From positions 64,071 to 128,070 of the forward strand of contig OZ244883.1 in NCBI GenBank assembly GCA_965221375.1: a stretch of 64,000 nucleotides of DNA, in the 5' to 3' direction. Source of the stretch: an uncultured candidatus Porisulfidus sp. (GTDB taxonomy: Bacteria; Pseudomonadota; Gammaproteobacteria; Poriferisulfidales; Poriferisulfidaceae). Below the pieces are notes generated by a model that ran no database searches, was not told where the DNA came from, and saw nothing but the letters and a program-made list of their open reading frames with translations. Positions 18,129 to 28,285 of this stretch are shown here, one piece after another (the first letter of the stretch is position 1; each line of letters begins with the position of its first letter). The position numbers and the translations under genes are program-made.

Positions 18129-18967
18129 CGAAATCTCGACTGCGACACCATTTCGATCGCGCCGCACCCCGGTATGATCACTACGCCGGCGTGCAGCGGG
18201 AAGTCGCCTCGCGATTGCTGGAGCGACTGGAATGGGTACGCACCAATCCCAAGCGTGTCATGGACCTGGGTGCCGGCACGGGCGAAGCCTGCGCAGGGTT
18301 ACAAAAACATTATCCGGAAGCGCAAATCATCGCCGCGGATTTTTCGCCGGCCATGCTGCGGGAAGCACAACGCCTTGAGAGAGCCTCTCAGTTGGTTGCA
18401 TCCGATGCCTTGGCGCTACCTTTTGCCGCCGAGTCGATGGATTTAGTGTTCTCCAGTTCCACGCTGCAGTGGTGCGATCCCTTGGCACAAGCCTTGCAGG
18501 AGATTCGTCGTGTGTTGCGCGCGGGCGGGCTGCTGATGTTTGCGACGTACGGGCCGGATACTTTGTCCGAACTGCGCCAGGCTCAACAAGCCATTGGACT
18601 GGAGGGCGGCGTCAACGACTTTATCGACATGCATCCGATTGGAGATCTTCTACTGGAGCAGGGTTATCAGGACCCCGTATTGGATACCGAACGTCTGGAT
18701 GTCTCCTACTCCTCGGTACGCGACTTGGCGCAGGAGCTCAAGGGTATCGGCTCCAGCCGCATGGAGCAAAAAACCGACCTTCCCGCACTCCGACGGTTTT
18801 GGTCGGCTCTGGAGAAAGCCTATCCCAGACATGACGACGGGCGTATTCACGCCACCTATGAAATCATCTACGGTTATGCTCTGGCCCCCAGCGAGAATCT
18901 GTCCGAAACCGATACCGTTGCCGTACCCCTTTCCGCAGTCGGACGCAAGCCATATCCATCATCTTGA
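18125..18967 (+). CDS. bioC: malonyl-ACP O-methyltransferase
   Basis: MTKSRLRHHFDRAAPRYDHYAGVQREVA... with SAM-MTase motif I DLGAGTG; start at the ATG at 18125, not the upstream in-frame extension. Confidence 0.8.
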   Translation: MTKSRLRHHFDRAAPRYDHYAGVQREVASRLLERLEWVRTNPKRVMDLGAGTGEACAGLQKHYPEAQIIAADFSPAMLREAQRLERASQLVASDALALPFAAESMDLVFSSSTLQWCDPLAQALQEIRRVLRAGGLLMFATYGPDTLSELRQAQQAIGLEGGVNDFIDMHPIGDLLLEQGYQDPVLDTERLDVSYSSVRDLAQELKGIGSSRMEQKTDLPALRRFWSALEKAYPRHDDGRIHATYEIIYGYALAPSENLSETDTVAVPLSAVGRKPYPSS

Positions 18968-19015
18968 ACTCTCGCGAGCAAAAATGACTGACAAAGACGG
19001 ATATATTGCGATGCC

Positions 19016-19999
19016 TTACTTGTCCATGGCCCTTGAAATAACTTCGATTGGACTAACAGGTCCGTCCTCCTTAATAAATCCAGTTACACTTGGTCTGAAC
19101 AGAGCTTGAAGAATAAGCTTTCTATCTTCGTGTTCCAGGCCCTTTTCTTCGCGGAGAAGTGCAAGGTAAGTTAGAATCATGGTTACACGTTCGCCCGCGT
19201 CAGTACGAAGGTGAAGATTTGAAACAAATATCTTGGAAAACAATCGTGTGAGCCATATGCCAAACGTTGATATGGCCAACATGATGCCAAGTTTCCCCAC
19301 CGAAATGTTTGGCAATGTTTCTTCAAGTAGGTCGTATGCTGTATCAACGAAAAGGTAACCCGTGCCACCCGCAACGACCAATGTGAGGAAACCCATCCAC
19401 CGCGCCATGTTTCGATGATGTTTCCGCTTGTCGTCCCAGTAACCGACCGAAGCTTGGAGGGCAAGTTTTTTAGTATATATTTGCTCCGTCTTTTCAAGTC
19501 TCTTCGTTAATCGATCAAGCTCCCCGCGATGGCGATATAGCAACGCAAGAAGTGCCCCCTCTAAAGCATCAGCAGTTGCGGCATCAGAAATGCTTCGGTG
19601 CGTTAAACATAGTAGAGCGCACCCTGCAACGTAATCTGAATATTGATCACGCAACCCAAAGACAAATTCAGTATCGGGTGATTCGGATGTTCGTAGCCTC
19701 CCGTTCTTAAATGCCTCCTGTGTTTGAAATTTAATCGTCTCGATCAGCTGTCTTTGTCGCAACCCGTCATTATCATGGGAGCTGTAGTGACTAATAAAGT
19801 TGTCTACCTGGCTTAACCAGCGATTAGTGTCATCTATAAAAGACCTGATGCAGATATCCCCCTGAAGACCTAGAAGCCATTTGAAGGCTTCACGCTCATC
19901 GGAAACCCACTTCTGCAGTTCGCCAAGATTAGCAAACTCGCGCTCAGCGGCGTCTAATTCCAGCACGAGAAATGGATTAGTGGTTTTGGTTTCTCCCAT
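19016..19999 (-). CDS. hypothetical protein with two C-terminal transmembrane helices (low-GC insertion)
   Basis: 327 aa with no recognisable domain. Local GC is about 45% against about 62% in the flanking DNA. Confidence 0.4.
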   Translation of the reverse strand: MGETKTTNPFLVLELDAAEREFANLGELQKWVSDEREAFKWLLGLQGDICIRSFIDDTNRWLSQVDNFISHYSSHDNDGLRQRQLIETIKFQTQEAFKNGRLRTSESPDTEFVFGLRDQYSDYVAGCALLCLTHRSISDAATADALEGALLALLYRHRGELDRLTKRLEKTEQIYTKKLALQASVGYWDDKRKHHRNMARWMGFLTLVVAGGTGYLFVDTAYDLLEETLPNISVGKLGIMLAISTFGIWLTRLFSKIFVSNLHLRTDAGERVTMILTYLALLREEKGLEHEDRKLILQALFRPSVTGFIKEDGPVSPIEVISRAMDK

Positions 20000-20104
20000 T
20001 AGACCTCCTTACTCAACACCGCCGATCATACATTGGGGAGCCAGCCCGGCAGTTGTCCAAGTTCAAATAATTTTAACCTGTCAATATTCTTATTTTTCGC
20101 AGCG

Positions 20105-20635
20105 TCAGTCCCTCCTCGCCTGCCTATGACGCCACACCCTTGGGTCATAGTTCTTATCGTAACTCCACATTCCTCGCCTAGCCTGGCGAGCTTCGCGTTG
20201 AAGGTGTTGGTACTGGTCGCCATAGGCGGCAATCGCATGTCCGTTTTTCACCAGCCACTCTCCCACATCCTCGCCATTGCAGATGACCGTACCAATCACG
20301 CGGTTGTATTTATCGTATCCCTCCACTTTGACTTGCACGTATTTGCCGCCGATCTTCTTAATCAAAGCACTTTTGACACGTCTGCCGTGATTGAACCAGC
20401 CTCGTTGGTCCTTCGCCGGTTGATACCACTCTGGAGCATCGAGACCCGCAAAACGAATGTTGTATCCGGACACCTTCACGCCATCCGCATCAATCACATA
20501 GGCATTGCCGGTGATCATGCTCCCGGCCCTTTTTCGAGTAACGTGCCTGCCGGTGCCCGCAGGCCACGGGCGAATCACACGCTTGTATCGTCGCCCGAAT
20601 AAATTCCGTAAAAGAAGGGAGACGAGAAAATTCAT
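20105..20635 (-). CDS. thermonuclease (SNase-like) family protein
   Basis: IRFAGLDAPE...NRVIGTV...DVGEWLVKNGHA matches the staphylococcal-nuclease fold motifs. The start may be the internal MITGNAYV. Confidence 0.55.
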   Translation of the reverse strand: MNFLVSLLLRNLFGRRYKRVIRPWPAGTGRHVTRKRAGSMITGNAYVIDADGVKVSGYNIRFAGLDAPEWYQPAKDQRGWFNHGRRVKSALIKKIGGKYVQVKVEGYDKYNRVIGTVICNGEDVGEWLVKNGHAIAAYGDQYQHLQREARQARRGMWSYDKNYDPRVWRHRQARRD

Positions 20636-20683
20636 TTTGCTTAGCCCTCGAACACCTCGTTTTATCGCAAGGCGTGATGACTG

Positions 20684-21514
20684 TCAAACACCTCGGCCCG
20701 ACAAGCCTTGCAACACCGCCGCCCAGCCGTGGGCGCCATCCCCCACCACCAAAAAAGACGGGTTGATGAGGCTGGACTTTCGGTTGTAACTCAAAGGGCG
20801 CAGGTTCCAGTCGAGTATTGCCCCTCCGGCTTCCTCCACAATGCATTGGGCGGCAGCCGTATCCCACTCGCTAGTCGGGCCATAGCGCGGATAGACATCC
20901 AAACTGCCTTCGGCGACACGACAGCTTTTCAGGGAGCTGCCAATTCGAAACTCCTGATTTGGCCCCAGGTTGGCGAGCAAGCCTTGAATTTGCGGGCCGG
21001 CATAGCGGCGACTCGCCGCCACTTTCGGCAGACTTTGAGTGGGATACGCCCGACAATGAAGGGCCCGGGCAACCCCGGAAGGATCCACGCCCCACGCTCC
21101 ACCCCCTTGACGGGCATAGTAAAGCAGGTCCAGGGCAGGCGCCGTGATCACCCCCAAGATCGGCCGATGCTGGTGAATCAAAGCGATGTTCACAGTGAAT
21201 TCCGGGCTTTGGCGCAGCAGTTCTCTTGTGCCGTCCAAAGGATCGACCAGCCAGTACGTCTGCCAGCGACGGCGTTGACTCCACGGCACCGGCTCCTCAC
21301 TCTCTTCGGACAAAATCGGCCATGGCTCCCCTAGATTTTGAAGGCCTTGAGTGATCACCCGATGAGCCACAAAGTCAAGTGTGGTCACAGGCGAGGCGTC
21401 GGCTTTCTCAAATACCTCAAAGCCTGACTGAAGGGCTGCCCGGATTTCCTGTCCGGCATCCTCCGCAATTTGACGCGCGGCGACCAGCAGAGATCCAAGT
21501 TTTTCCGCGATCAT
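20684..21514 (-). CDS. cysQ: 3'(2'),5'-bisphosphate nucleotidase
   Basis: Inositol-monophosphatase family motifs (WLVDPLDGT, EEAGG), 276 aa. Confidence 0.75.
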   Translation of the reverse strand: MIAEKLGSLLVAARQIAEDAGQEIRAALQSGFEVFEKADASPVTTLDFVAHRVITQGLQNLGEPWPILSEESEEPVPWSQRRRWQTYWLVDPLDGTRELLRQSPEFTVNIALIHQHRPILGVITAPALDLLYYARQGGGAWGVDPSGVARALHCRAYPTQSLPKVAASRRYAGPQIQGLLANLGPNQEFRIGSSLKSCRVAEGSLDVYPRYGPTSEWDTAAAQCIVEEAGGAILDWNLRPLSYNRKSSLINPSFLVVGDGAHGWAAVLQGLSGRGV

Positions 21515-21716
21515 GAAACGACGAGATGGCTTTGTTGTTGGAAGCAGAAGTCTCGAGTCCGGATGCTGTAAGGCCCGTTTTCTCCGCCGTCCCTCATGGG
21601 GAATTTTCCGACCATCATATCGAGCGCAAGAGAAGAGGTGTCAGAACATCCTTTGGGGCATATTATGATTTGAAAATTCCCCTGTATCCGCTTTTGCCGA
21701 TGGCCCTGTAGTTTCC

Positions 21717-21749
21717 GCAGACCTGTACGCTATACTGCACAAGGTCTGC
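21717..21749. promoter_or_regulatory. inverted repeat GCAGACCT-N17-AGGTCTGC, candidate operator upstream of the pilin gene
   Basis: A perfect 8-bp inverted repeat with a 17-nt spacer that contains TATACT; about 120 bp upstream of the pilin start. Confidence 0.3.
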
Positions 21750-21871
21750 AGGGGGAGAAGGCGAGCGTCTATCTTGACCGAAAGCGCGTTTGCCTTTTTC
21801 GTGCAGACTGCTAAACTTATTCCTGTGTTTTATATGGCCCGAATTTGCCCCACCAGCACGCGAGGTTGACC

Positions 21872-22468
21872 ATGCCTAAAAATCTTCTTTGTGGACCAGC
21901 GTCCCGTTTAACCGCTGAAACCCCTAAGCTTTCAAAAAGGAAGCAGAAAATGCAGGGTGTCACATTGGTCGAAGCGGCCTTGGTGGTAAGCATTATCTCG
22001 CTCATTATTCTGTCGGCGCTCTTGGCACTCAACACGGTCACCGAACAGCGACGGATGACCTTGACCGCCACGGATGTGGTGTCGATTCGCTCAGCGATCT
22101 CGAAATGGGCCGCAGGCGGACTGCTCAAGTACACCTCGGTTACCGTCACCACCGGCGGCGGCGGCACAGAGAACCAGGAAAATGCAAGAACCTTTCAGAA
22201 ATTCGAGCAAATCGCAGGATTTCTGCCGGATCCCCTGCAGAACCTTGCGGACAATGACCAGGATCTGACCTTGTCCGGCGCGAACCCGTGGAGCGGCGAT
22301 TACCGCATTCGGCCGTTGACAAACAGTGAGCCCAGACAGTGGACTCTGGAAATTCATGATGTCCCCGAAATCCTGGCGGAAGCATTGGCCAACCAGTTGC
22401 GCAATAGCGGTTCTGAAAACGCCTCGGTCACCGGCAATACCACGGTCGTCGTTACCTACAACGAATAA
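21872..22468 (+). CDS. type IV (IVb-like) prepilin
   Basis: A leader ending ...KRKQKMQG is followed by VTLVEAALVVSIISLIILSALLAL, i.e. G(-1), E(+5) and a hydrophobic alpha1 helix. The mature protein is about 170 aa. Confidence 0.6.
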   Translation: MPKNLLCGPASRLTAETPKLSKRKQKMQGVTLVEAALVVSIISLIILSALLALNTVTEQRRMTLTATDVVSIRSAISKWAAGGLLKYTSVTVTTGGGGTENQENARTFQKFEQIAGFLPDPLQNLADNDQDLTLSGANPWSGDYRIRPLTNSEPRQWTLEIHDVPEILAEALANQLRNSGSENASVTGNTTVVVTYNE

Positions 22469-22576
22469 GTTTTATTGCGACTGATCGGCGGCGCACACTC
22501 TAACGTTCGGGCGACGTGGTGAACCCAATCCGTGCGTGGCGCCTCCCCCCGCTTCGCAAGTTCGTCTAATACCGCA

Positions 22577-22596
22577 CAGGTTCTTTAGAGAACCTG
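22577..22596 (+). terminator. hairpin CAGGTTCT-TTAG-AGAACCTG between the pilin and the downstream pil genes, a possible attenuator
   Basis: An 8-bp perfect stem 110 bp after the pilin stop. It has no strong U tract, so at best it is a partial terminator. Confidence 0.3.
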
Positions 22597-22723
22597 TCTG
22601 TTGCGGGGATTAACCAACGGCAGTATGCCGAAACCCTGTTGGTTCCCCGTAACCTTGCCTTGCTGCGTTTTGCTTCTCCGGCCCATCGTTGCGATTTGAC
22701 TGCGCCGAACTTTCCGATTTTTC

Positions 22724-23554
22724 ATGCTTGACCTCCCGCCCCTCTCTCTCGCCCAATGGATCGCCTTCGCCGCTTTCCTGGGTGCCTGGGTGGGCAGTTT
22801 CCTGAATGTCGTCGCCCACCGCTTGCCGCGCATGATGGAGATTGAAGAGCAGTCGCAAGTCGACCCCGCTTCCGCCCCGCAAACTCCCTACAACCTCGCC
22901 TGGCCCCCTTCCCATTGCCCAAACTGCCAGGCCCGAGTGCGCTGGTACCACAACATTCCGATTATCAGTTGGCTCTGGTTGCGCGGCACTTGCCCCGACT
23001 GCGACAGCGCCATTCCCGTGCGTTATTTGCTTTTGGAAATTGCCGGCGCAATCGTCTGCGGAGCCGCCGTCGCACGTTTCGGCCCGACGCTGGAAGCGGT
23101 GGCTGCGGCCACACTGCTGTGCTCCCTGCTGGTGCTTGCCTTCATTGATCTCGAACACTGGCTGCTGCCGGATGCAATTGTTCTCCCTCTGATTTGGCTG
23201 GGCCTACTGGCCAACTCGTTTACTCTATTTACGGATCTTGAATCTGCGGTGTGGGGCGCCGCCGCGGGTTATTTGGCACTGCGCCTGCTTGGCGCTGTGT
23301 GGTCGCGCCTGCGCGGCGTGGAGGCTTTGGGGCGCGGAGATTGTAAACTAGCCGCAGCACTGGGCGCCTGGATGGGCTGGCCGGGACTGGCAGTCGCCTT
23401 ATTCCTGGCAAGTCTTGGAACGGTTCTCGTCGGTCTTGTCACCCGGCGGCGCATGACCGACCCCTTGCCGTTCGGACCAGGCCTTGCCGTCGCCGGTACT
23501 CTCGTACTGTTAATACGGTCGGAGAACTTTTTGCTGGGAAGGGCCGCTTTATGA
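22724..23554 (+). CDS. pilD: prepilin peptidase (A24 family)
   Basis: N-terminal CPNC...CPDC zinc tetracysteine motif and multiple TM helices, 276 aa. Confidence 0.8.
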   Translation: MLDLPPLSLAQWIAFAAFLGAWVGSFLNVVAHRLPRMMEIEEQSQVDPASAPQTPYNLAWPPSHCPNCQARVRWYHNIPIISWLWLRGTCPDCDSAIPVRYLLLEIAGAIVCGAAVARFGPTLEAVAAATLLCSLLVLAFIDLEHWLLPDAIVLPLIWLGLLANSFTLFTDLESAVWGAAAGYLALRLLGAVWSRLRGVEALGRGDCKLAAALGAWMGWPGLAVALFLASLGTVLVGLVTRRRMTDPLPFGPGLAVAGTLVLLIRSENFLLGRAAL

Positions 23555-25101
23555 ACACCGCTGACCTGAGACCCCTTCCCCTTCTCATTGTCCTCAGCAT
23601 CACTCTGACGGGCTGCGCGGACGGCCTTGATTTGACACCCGAAATCGAAGCCTCTCTGGAGGAGTCCATTGAGACCCTTGAGCAATACGAGGAAGTGCCC
23701 ACCCGGCCGTTGCTCGTACGTCACGATCTTCCCTATCTTGACTACACGCGCGTCGCCCATGCCGGCGCTCCATGGCTGCATCATTGGGTGGAATTGCGAG
23801 CGGCCGAGTTGCCTTTGATTATCGGTTTGGAGAAAGCTTTGGCCCAGTTGCCCAACCCACCTTCCGTGGTGTTTACGCCCGATCTGACCAACCGCAATGT
23901 GCCGGTGACGCTCGACCACCGGGGTCCGTTCTCCCAGTTCCTGAATCTCCTCGCCGAAGCCAGCGGTTACGGTTGGGAAGAAAGAGGGGGTGCACTGTAT
24001 TGGATGAGCGAAATCACGCGCACATACGAAATTCACCGCGTGCCCGGAGACATAGACTATTCGATGGCCACGATTGAGGCCGATGACGAAGCTCTGGACA
24101 CCGGAGGCGGAGGCGGCGATGCAGCGGAAATTACCGCCGCGCCCGAAAGCGGCAGCACCATCACTCTGGAAGGCGGCGGCACCTTCTGGGAAGATCTGGA
24201 GACGACCCTGAACACGTTTATGGAGGGGGCGGCAATGCCTCCCTCCATCGACCGCAGCAGCGGCACGGTGATTTTGCGCGGCCCCGCCCACATGGTGCGC
24301 AAAGCCGGCCGTTATATCGAAGCGCTCAACCGCTGGCTCGCGCGTCAAGTCTTGCTGGAAGTACAGCTTGTCAATGTCACGCTGACCGGCGAACGCAATA
24401 TCGGCATTGATTGGAACTTGGTGCAGGAGACAGCCACTTCCGCTCTGGTGGCCAGTGCCAGCGGCAACTTTGCCTCGGATCTGGTCGGCGCCTCTTTGGG
24501 CATCAGTTTGTCCGATGACGCTACTGGTGGCAGCAACAGCATTTTCGCCGGCTCCAGTATCGTCATTCAAGCTTTGGAAGGCCAAGGCACGACCAGCGTG
24601 CAGAACAGCCCACGCATCGTCGCGCTCAACGGTCAGGCGGCACAGTTGCAAGTACTGGATGACCGCAACATCATCGCCTCGCGCACCACCACCGTGACCG
24701 GAGGCCTGCTGAATACGCAAAGCCAGACTATTGTCCCCGGCCTGGTCTCAACCGGCATCGCCTTGACGATTCTTCCTAAAATCGTCGGCGAGCGTATTTT
24801 CCTGCAGACCAGCATTCAAGTCAGCGAACTGGTCGAACTTCGCACCGAAGGCGCCATCAACGAAGAAGTCAGCCTGCCGCATGTGCGGCGCAATCAATTC
24901 TTTCAAAGCGCCCGACTCACCAGTGGTGAGACACTTGCCCTCGGGGGTCTGGTCACCCAGATCGGCTCCGACGCCGACAATCAAATCCCGTCCACGATAC
25001 TTGGCACCCACACCAAAAAATATCGCAATATCGAAACGGTACTGCTGATTACGCCGACTTTGCTGGACCGTCCCGCCCCGGATGAAGAATTGCTGAGATG
25101 A
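23551..25101 (+). CDS. lipoprotein secretin (BfpB/TcpC/MshL-like)
   Basis: Lipobox LTGC at the N-terminus. The C-terminal secretin motif reads LGGLVTQIGSDADNQIPSTILG...ETVLLITPTLL. Confidence 0.6.
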   Translation: MNTADLRPLPLLIVLSITLTGCADGLDLTPEIEASLEESIETLEQYEEVPTRPLLVRHDLPYLDYTRVAHAGAPWLHHWVELRAAELPLIIGLEKALAQLPNPPSVVFTPDLTNRNVPVTLDHRGPFSQFLNLLAEASGYGWEERGGALYWMSEITRTYEIHRVPGDIDYSMATIEADDEALDTGGGGGDAAEITAAPESGSTITLEGGGTFWEDLETTLNTFMEGAAMPPSIDRSSGTVILRGPAHMVRKAGRYIEALNRWLARQVLLEVQLVNVTLTGERNIGIDWNLVQETATSALVASASGNFASDLVGASLGISLSDDATGGSNSIFAGSSIVIQALEGQGTTSVQNSPRIVALNGQAAQLQVLDDRNIIASRTTTVTGGLLNTQSQTIVPGLVSTGIALTILPKIVGERIFLQTSIQVSELVELRTEGAINEEVSLPHVRRNQFFQSARLTSGETLALGGLVTQIGSDADNQIPSTILGTHTKKYRNIETVLLITPTLLDRPAPDEELLR

Positions 25102-26465
25102 GCACCGCGCTCGTCGCCGGCAACTTCGTTCGCTCGGCTTTTCGCCTGCCTATTCGCCCCGAGGGCAATCTCGCGCGCGTTGCGCGCAATCACTACAACT
25201 CGGTACGCGAAGCCATGGAGGTGGAGCGCCTCTACTCGCGTTTCGAAATGACGCCCAATGGCGAGTTGCTGTGCATCTTCAGCGAACAAAGCGGCATTTT
25301 GCTGGGAGAGACCGTCCGTGACTGGGTCCTCAGTCTGGATGCCAACTACACCAATTTCCTCTGGTGCGAAAAACTGGACGACGAGTTTTTGCTGGTGTGC
25401 GTCTTGGACGGCCAAGTGGTCAAGGAATCCTATGAAAACACCTATTCCATTACCACCCAGGTCCAACAGTTGATCCGCCGCGCCAAGGATCGGGGGGCTG
25501 AATTTCGCGTATTTTTGTACAACATCCTTCAAAGTGACCTGCTGCTGAACGTGGATTTGCCGGTGACGCGACTGGATGTATCAATCCTGACGCATATCAA
25601 ACACGTCGGCACCCGCTCTCTGCCCCGGCTGCACTCTTACAGCGCGGCGATCGCGAAAATCGCGCAGGGCTGGATTCTTATCCGCATCGCCATGATCGGG
25701 CTCTTGATTGCCGCCCTCGTGCTTCCCAGCACCTACTTCCTCGCCCAATGGTGGCTGGGCGGCGCAGTCGACAACTACACCCAAGACTACCAGCTGGTCA
25801 AAAGCAGCACCCGCAACTACAACGCGCTGCTCACGCAACCGGATTCCACGGTGTTACTGCCGGCAATCCATAAAGCCAGCCTTGATATTCTTCTGGACTC
25901 GCAACTGGCCCAGACCTGGCGGATCAATGAACTGCGCTGGACCCGCGATCTCAACATACTCAAGGTATCGCTTTCGCTGCCCAAACTAACCGATGCGCTT
26001 GGAGAGCCGATTGCACTCTCGCCGGAATTGAAAGAAAAACTGCGCGCCGATGCTGCCGAGCGCGGATGGAGCATGAGGTTGCGGAACAATTTAATTTCTC
26101 TCGAAATACCGATCACCGCCGAACCCCGCGCCCCGGATGGCGTGCACGATCTGCGACGATTCGAACCTCAAGACCCACGTGACCGCTGGCACTTCAAGCG
26201 CCTGGAGCGTGATTTGGAGCCGGTCGGCACCTTGTCATCCAAGCCCCAGGAGGGCCGGAGAACGGACCTTTACTACACGCAACCCGCAACTTTTAAATTT
26301 ACCGGCGACCCCTGGCAGACCGGCACGACGGCCCGCTGGCTGGCCCAACGGCTTTCAAACGGACCTCTGGTCATTGACGAAGTGCGCCTGATTACCCCCG
26401 ACTCCAGTCGAGGCGGCCTGATGGACGGCACGGTCAAGTTCCAGATGCTCTGGCGTATTCGCTAA
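25098..26465 (+). CDS. bitopic inner-membrane protein, possible pilus assembly component
   Basis: 455 aa with one TM helix near residue 205. Overlaps the secretin stop by 4 nt. Confidence 0.4.
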   Translation: MSTALVAGNFVRSAFRLPIRPEGNLARVARNHYNSVREAMEVERLYSRFEMTPNGELLCIFSEQSGILLGETVRDWVLSLDANYTNFLWCEKLDDEFLLVCVLDGQVVKESYENTYSITTQVQQLIRRAKDRGAEFRVFLYNILQSDLLLNVDLPVTRLDVSILTHIKHVGTRSLPRLHSYSAAIAKIAQGWILIRIAMIGLLIAALVLPSTYFLAQWWLGGAVDNYTQDYQLVKSSTRNYNALLTQPDSTVLLPAIHKASLDILLDSQLAQTWRINELRWTRDLNILKVSLSLPKLTDALGEPIALSPELKEKLRADAAERGWSMRLRNNLISLEIPITAEPRAPDGVHDLRRFEPQDPRDRWHFKRLERDLEPVGTLSSKPQEGRRTDLYYTQPATFKFTGDPWQTGTTARWLAQRLSNGPLVIDEVRLITPDSSRGGLMDGTVKFQMLWRIR

Positions 26466-26532
26466 AGGCTCCCTCACCACAGCACACGCAGAATGCGGGC
26501 TGTCTGCGTGACGTGCTCTATCATTACTTCGC

Positions 26533-28278
26533 ATGTCCGCACAATCTCTGAAACCCGCTGACCTGCTTCTTGCCCTTGGCACCGGCTTCGCTTTTGTCAC
26601 GGCCATCTTCGGAGGCCTGATCGCGAATAATCTGGAATTCGTCAATGCCATCGATGTGCCGCGCCCGTTTTTTGTGCTGCTCGCTCTGGGCATGCTTCCC
26701 TGTGCGCTGTGCTACTGGCGAGGCTGGAAAGTCACCCTGTTTGTCTGGCCGCTGGCGGTTTATCTGTTTTTTCTTTTTGGGCTGAATACCAGTTTTCTAC
26801 TGGAACTGATGCTGCCTTTTGTGGAGAAGGCTCCCGCTTGGGCAAATCTCCTGTGGCTTGCGCCGATTCTCTCCGGTGTCTCGCTTGTGGTGATCCTGGG
26901 TTTGGGCATCTACATTTTTCGTCGCGTGCGTCCCACGCGCCATGCCGCATGGATTCTGCTGTTCTTTGCCATCGGTTCCGCCTCCCTTTCCGCAAAACCT
27001 CTGGCGCTTCTCCTATGGGAAGCCTCACTACCCGACGCGAAAACCTATCTGACTCAAACTGAGGATTGGGAACGGCTTCGCACCGCCCAACCCGAAAAAA
27101 ATCTGCCGGATGTCATCGTGATCGTGCCGGACCGCTACCCCAGCAACCGGGTCCTGCGCGAAACCTTCCTCTACGACAACACCGCCTTCACGCAAGCCCT
27201 TGCCCGTCGAGGTTTTGTGGTGCTGGAGGACCTGCGCGCCAATTATCCGATTACGTTGCTATCGTTGATGTCCTCACTCAACATGCAGAATTTTGAAGGG
27301 ACCGAAGCCCTGAAAGTCAACGACCTCTACGCAGGCCTGCGACGTAATCTGGTGGCTCAAACCTTCACCCAGCACGGCTACGAGTATGTGCACCTGGGAG
27401 GTTGGGCCGGCTTTACGATGCGCGCTCCTCTGGCCCAGCGCATTTATAACGGCACTCACTTGCTGGATTCATATATGAGCGAGTTGGAGGTGGCCCTGGC
27501 GCGCCTGACGCCTCTGCATGGCATGTACATCACATTCAGAGACCGCCAAATGGCTGCGGAAGGGCACGACACCTACGAATGTCAGCGCCTCAAGCGCCAG
27601 ATCGACTACCTCAAGCGACTAGAACGAAGCGACCAGCCGCTGTTTGCGTGGGCCCACATTTACATTCCGCACAACCCCATCACCATGGACGCGCAGGGCA
27701 ACTGTCTGGCCTACCCGTTGCCTATCCCTCGTTTTCGAAACGCCGAGGAAATGGAGAATCCCCAAGCGGTCTCATCATTCATGAAATTTATTGTGCGTTA
27801 CCGTCAGCTGTTCATCGACTACATGGAAGTCCTCAACCGGGAAATCCTGCGCATCTACGACCTCCAATACCAGCACAGTCAAAAACAGGGACGGGAACTG
27901 ATTTTTGTGATTCTCTCCGACGAGGGTTCTTACCCCATCCTGTGGGCCGCTTTGGAGAATCGAAACGTTCGCTATCAAAGATCGTCCAGCGGCGTTTTGC
28001 GCGAAAAATTCGGAGTTTTTGCGGCCGTCTATGCGCCGCAAATTGAACGTTCCGAACTGTGCGCCCTAAAATCTCGCGTCAATGTCTGGCGCACCTTGCT
28101 TGGCAATATCATGGAGGTTGACCTGCCGGAAGTGGACGATGTCGCTTACATACCGAGCAGCAACACTGAAACCGTGGGCGATGTCCGACAACTGAAAAAC
28201 CTGAAAAGCGTTCGCGAACGCCTGGGCCCCCAGCAAGCGGGAGGCGCAGGCTGCGAGGACAATCCGGCTAATAACTGA
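26533..28278 (+). CDS. membrane-anchored sulfatase/alkaline-phosphatase-superfamily protein (LtaS/EptA/PptA-like)
   Basis: Five N-terminal TM helices followed by a periplasmic domain that starts [12 protein letters not shown], a metal-binding Asp. Confidence 0.4.
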   Translation: MSAQSLKPADLLLALGTGFAFVTAIFGGLIANNLEFVNAIDVPRPFFVLLALGMLPCALCYWRGWKVTLFVWPLAVYLFFLFGLNTSFLLELMLPFVEKAPAWANLLWLAPILSGVSLVVILGLGIYIFRRVRPTRHAAWILLFFAIGSASLSAKPLALLLWEASLPDAKTYLTQTEDWERLRTAQPEKNLPDVIVIVPDRYPSNRVLRETFLYDNTAFTQALARRGFVVLEDLRANYPITLLSLMSSLNMQNFEGTEALKVNDLYAGLRRNLVAQTFTQHGYEYVHLGGWAGFTMRAPLAQRIYNGTHLLDSYMSELEVALARLTPLHGMYITFRDRQMAAEGHDTYECQRLKRQIDYLKRLERSDQPLFAWAHIYIPHNPITMDAQGNCLAYPLPIPRFRNAEEMENPQAVSSFMKFIVRYRQLFIDYMEVLNREILRIYDLQYQHSQKQGRELIFVILSDEGSYPILWAALENRNVRYQRSSSGVLREKFGVFAAVYAPQIERSELCALKSRVNVWRTLLGNIMEVDLPEVDDVAYIPSSNTETVGDVRQLKNLKSVRERLGPQQAGGAGCEDNPANN

Positions 28279-28285
28279 GCGAGTT

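Noticed and set aside
23269-24720. 483-aa - strand ORF
   Set aside because: Antisense to the lipoprotein secretin. The + strand product has a lipobox and a secretin C-terminal motif.
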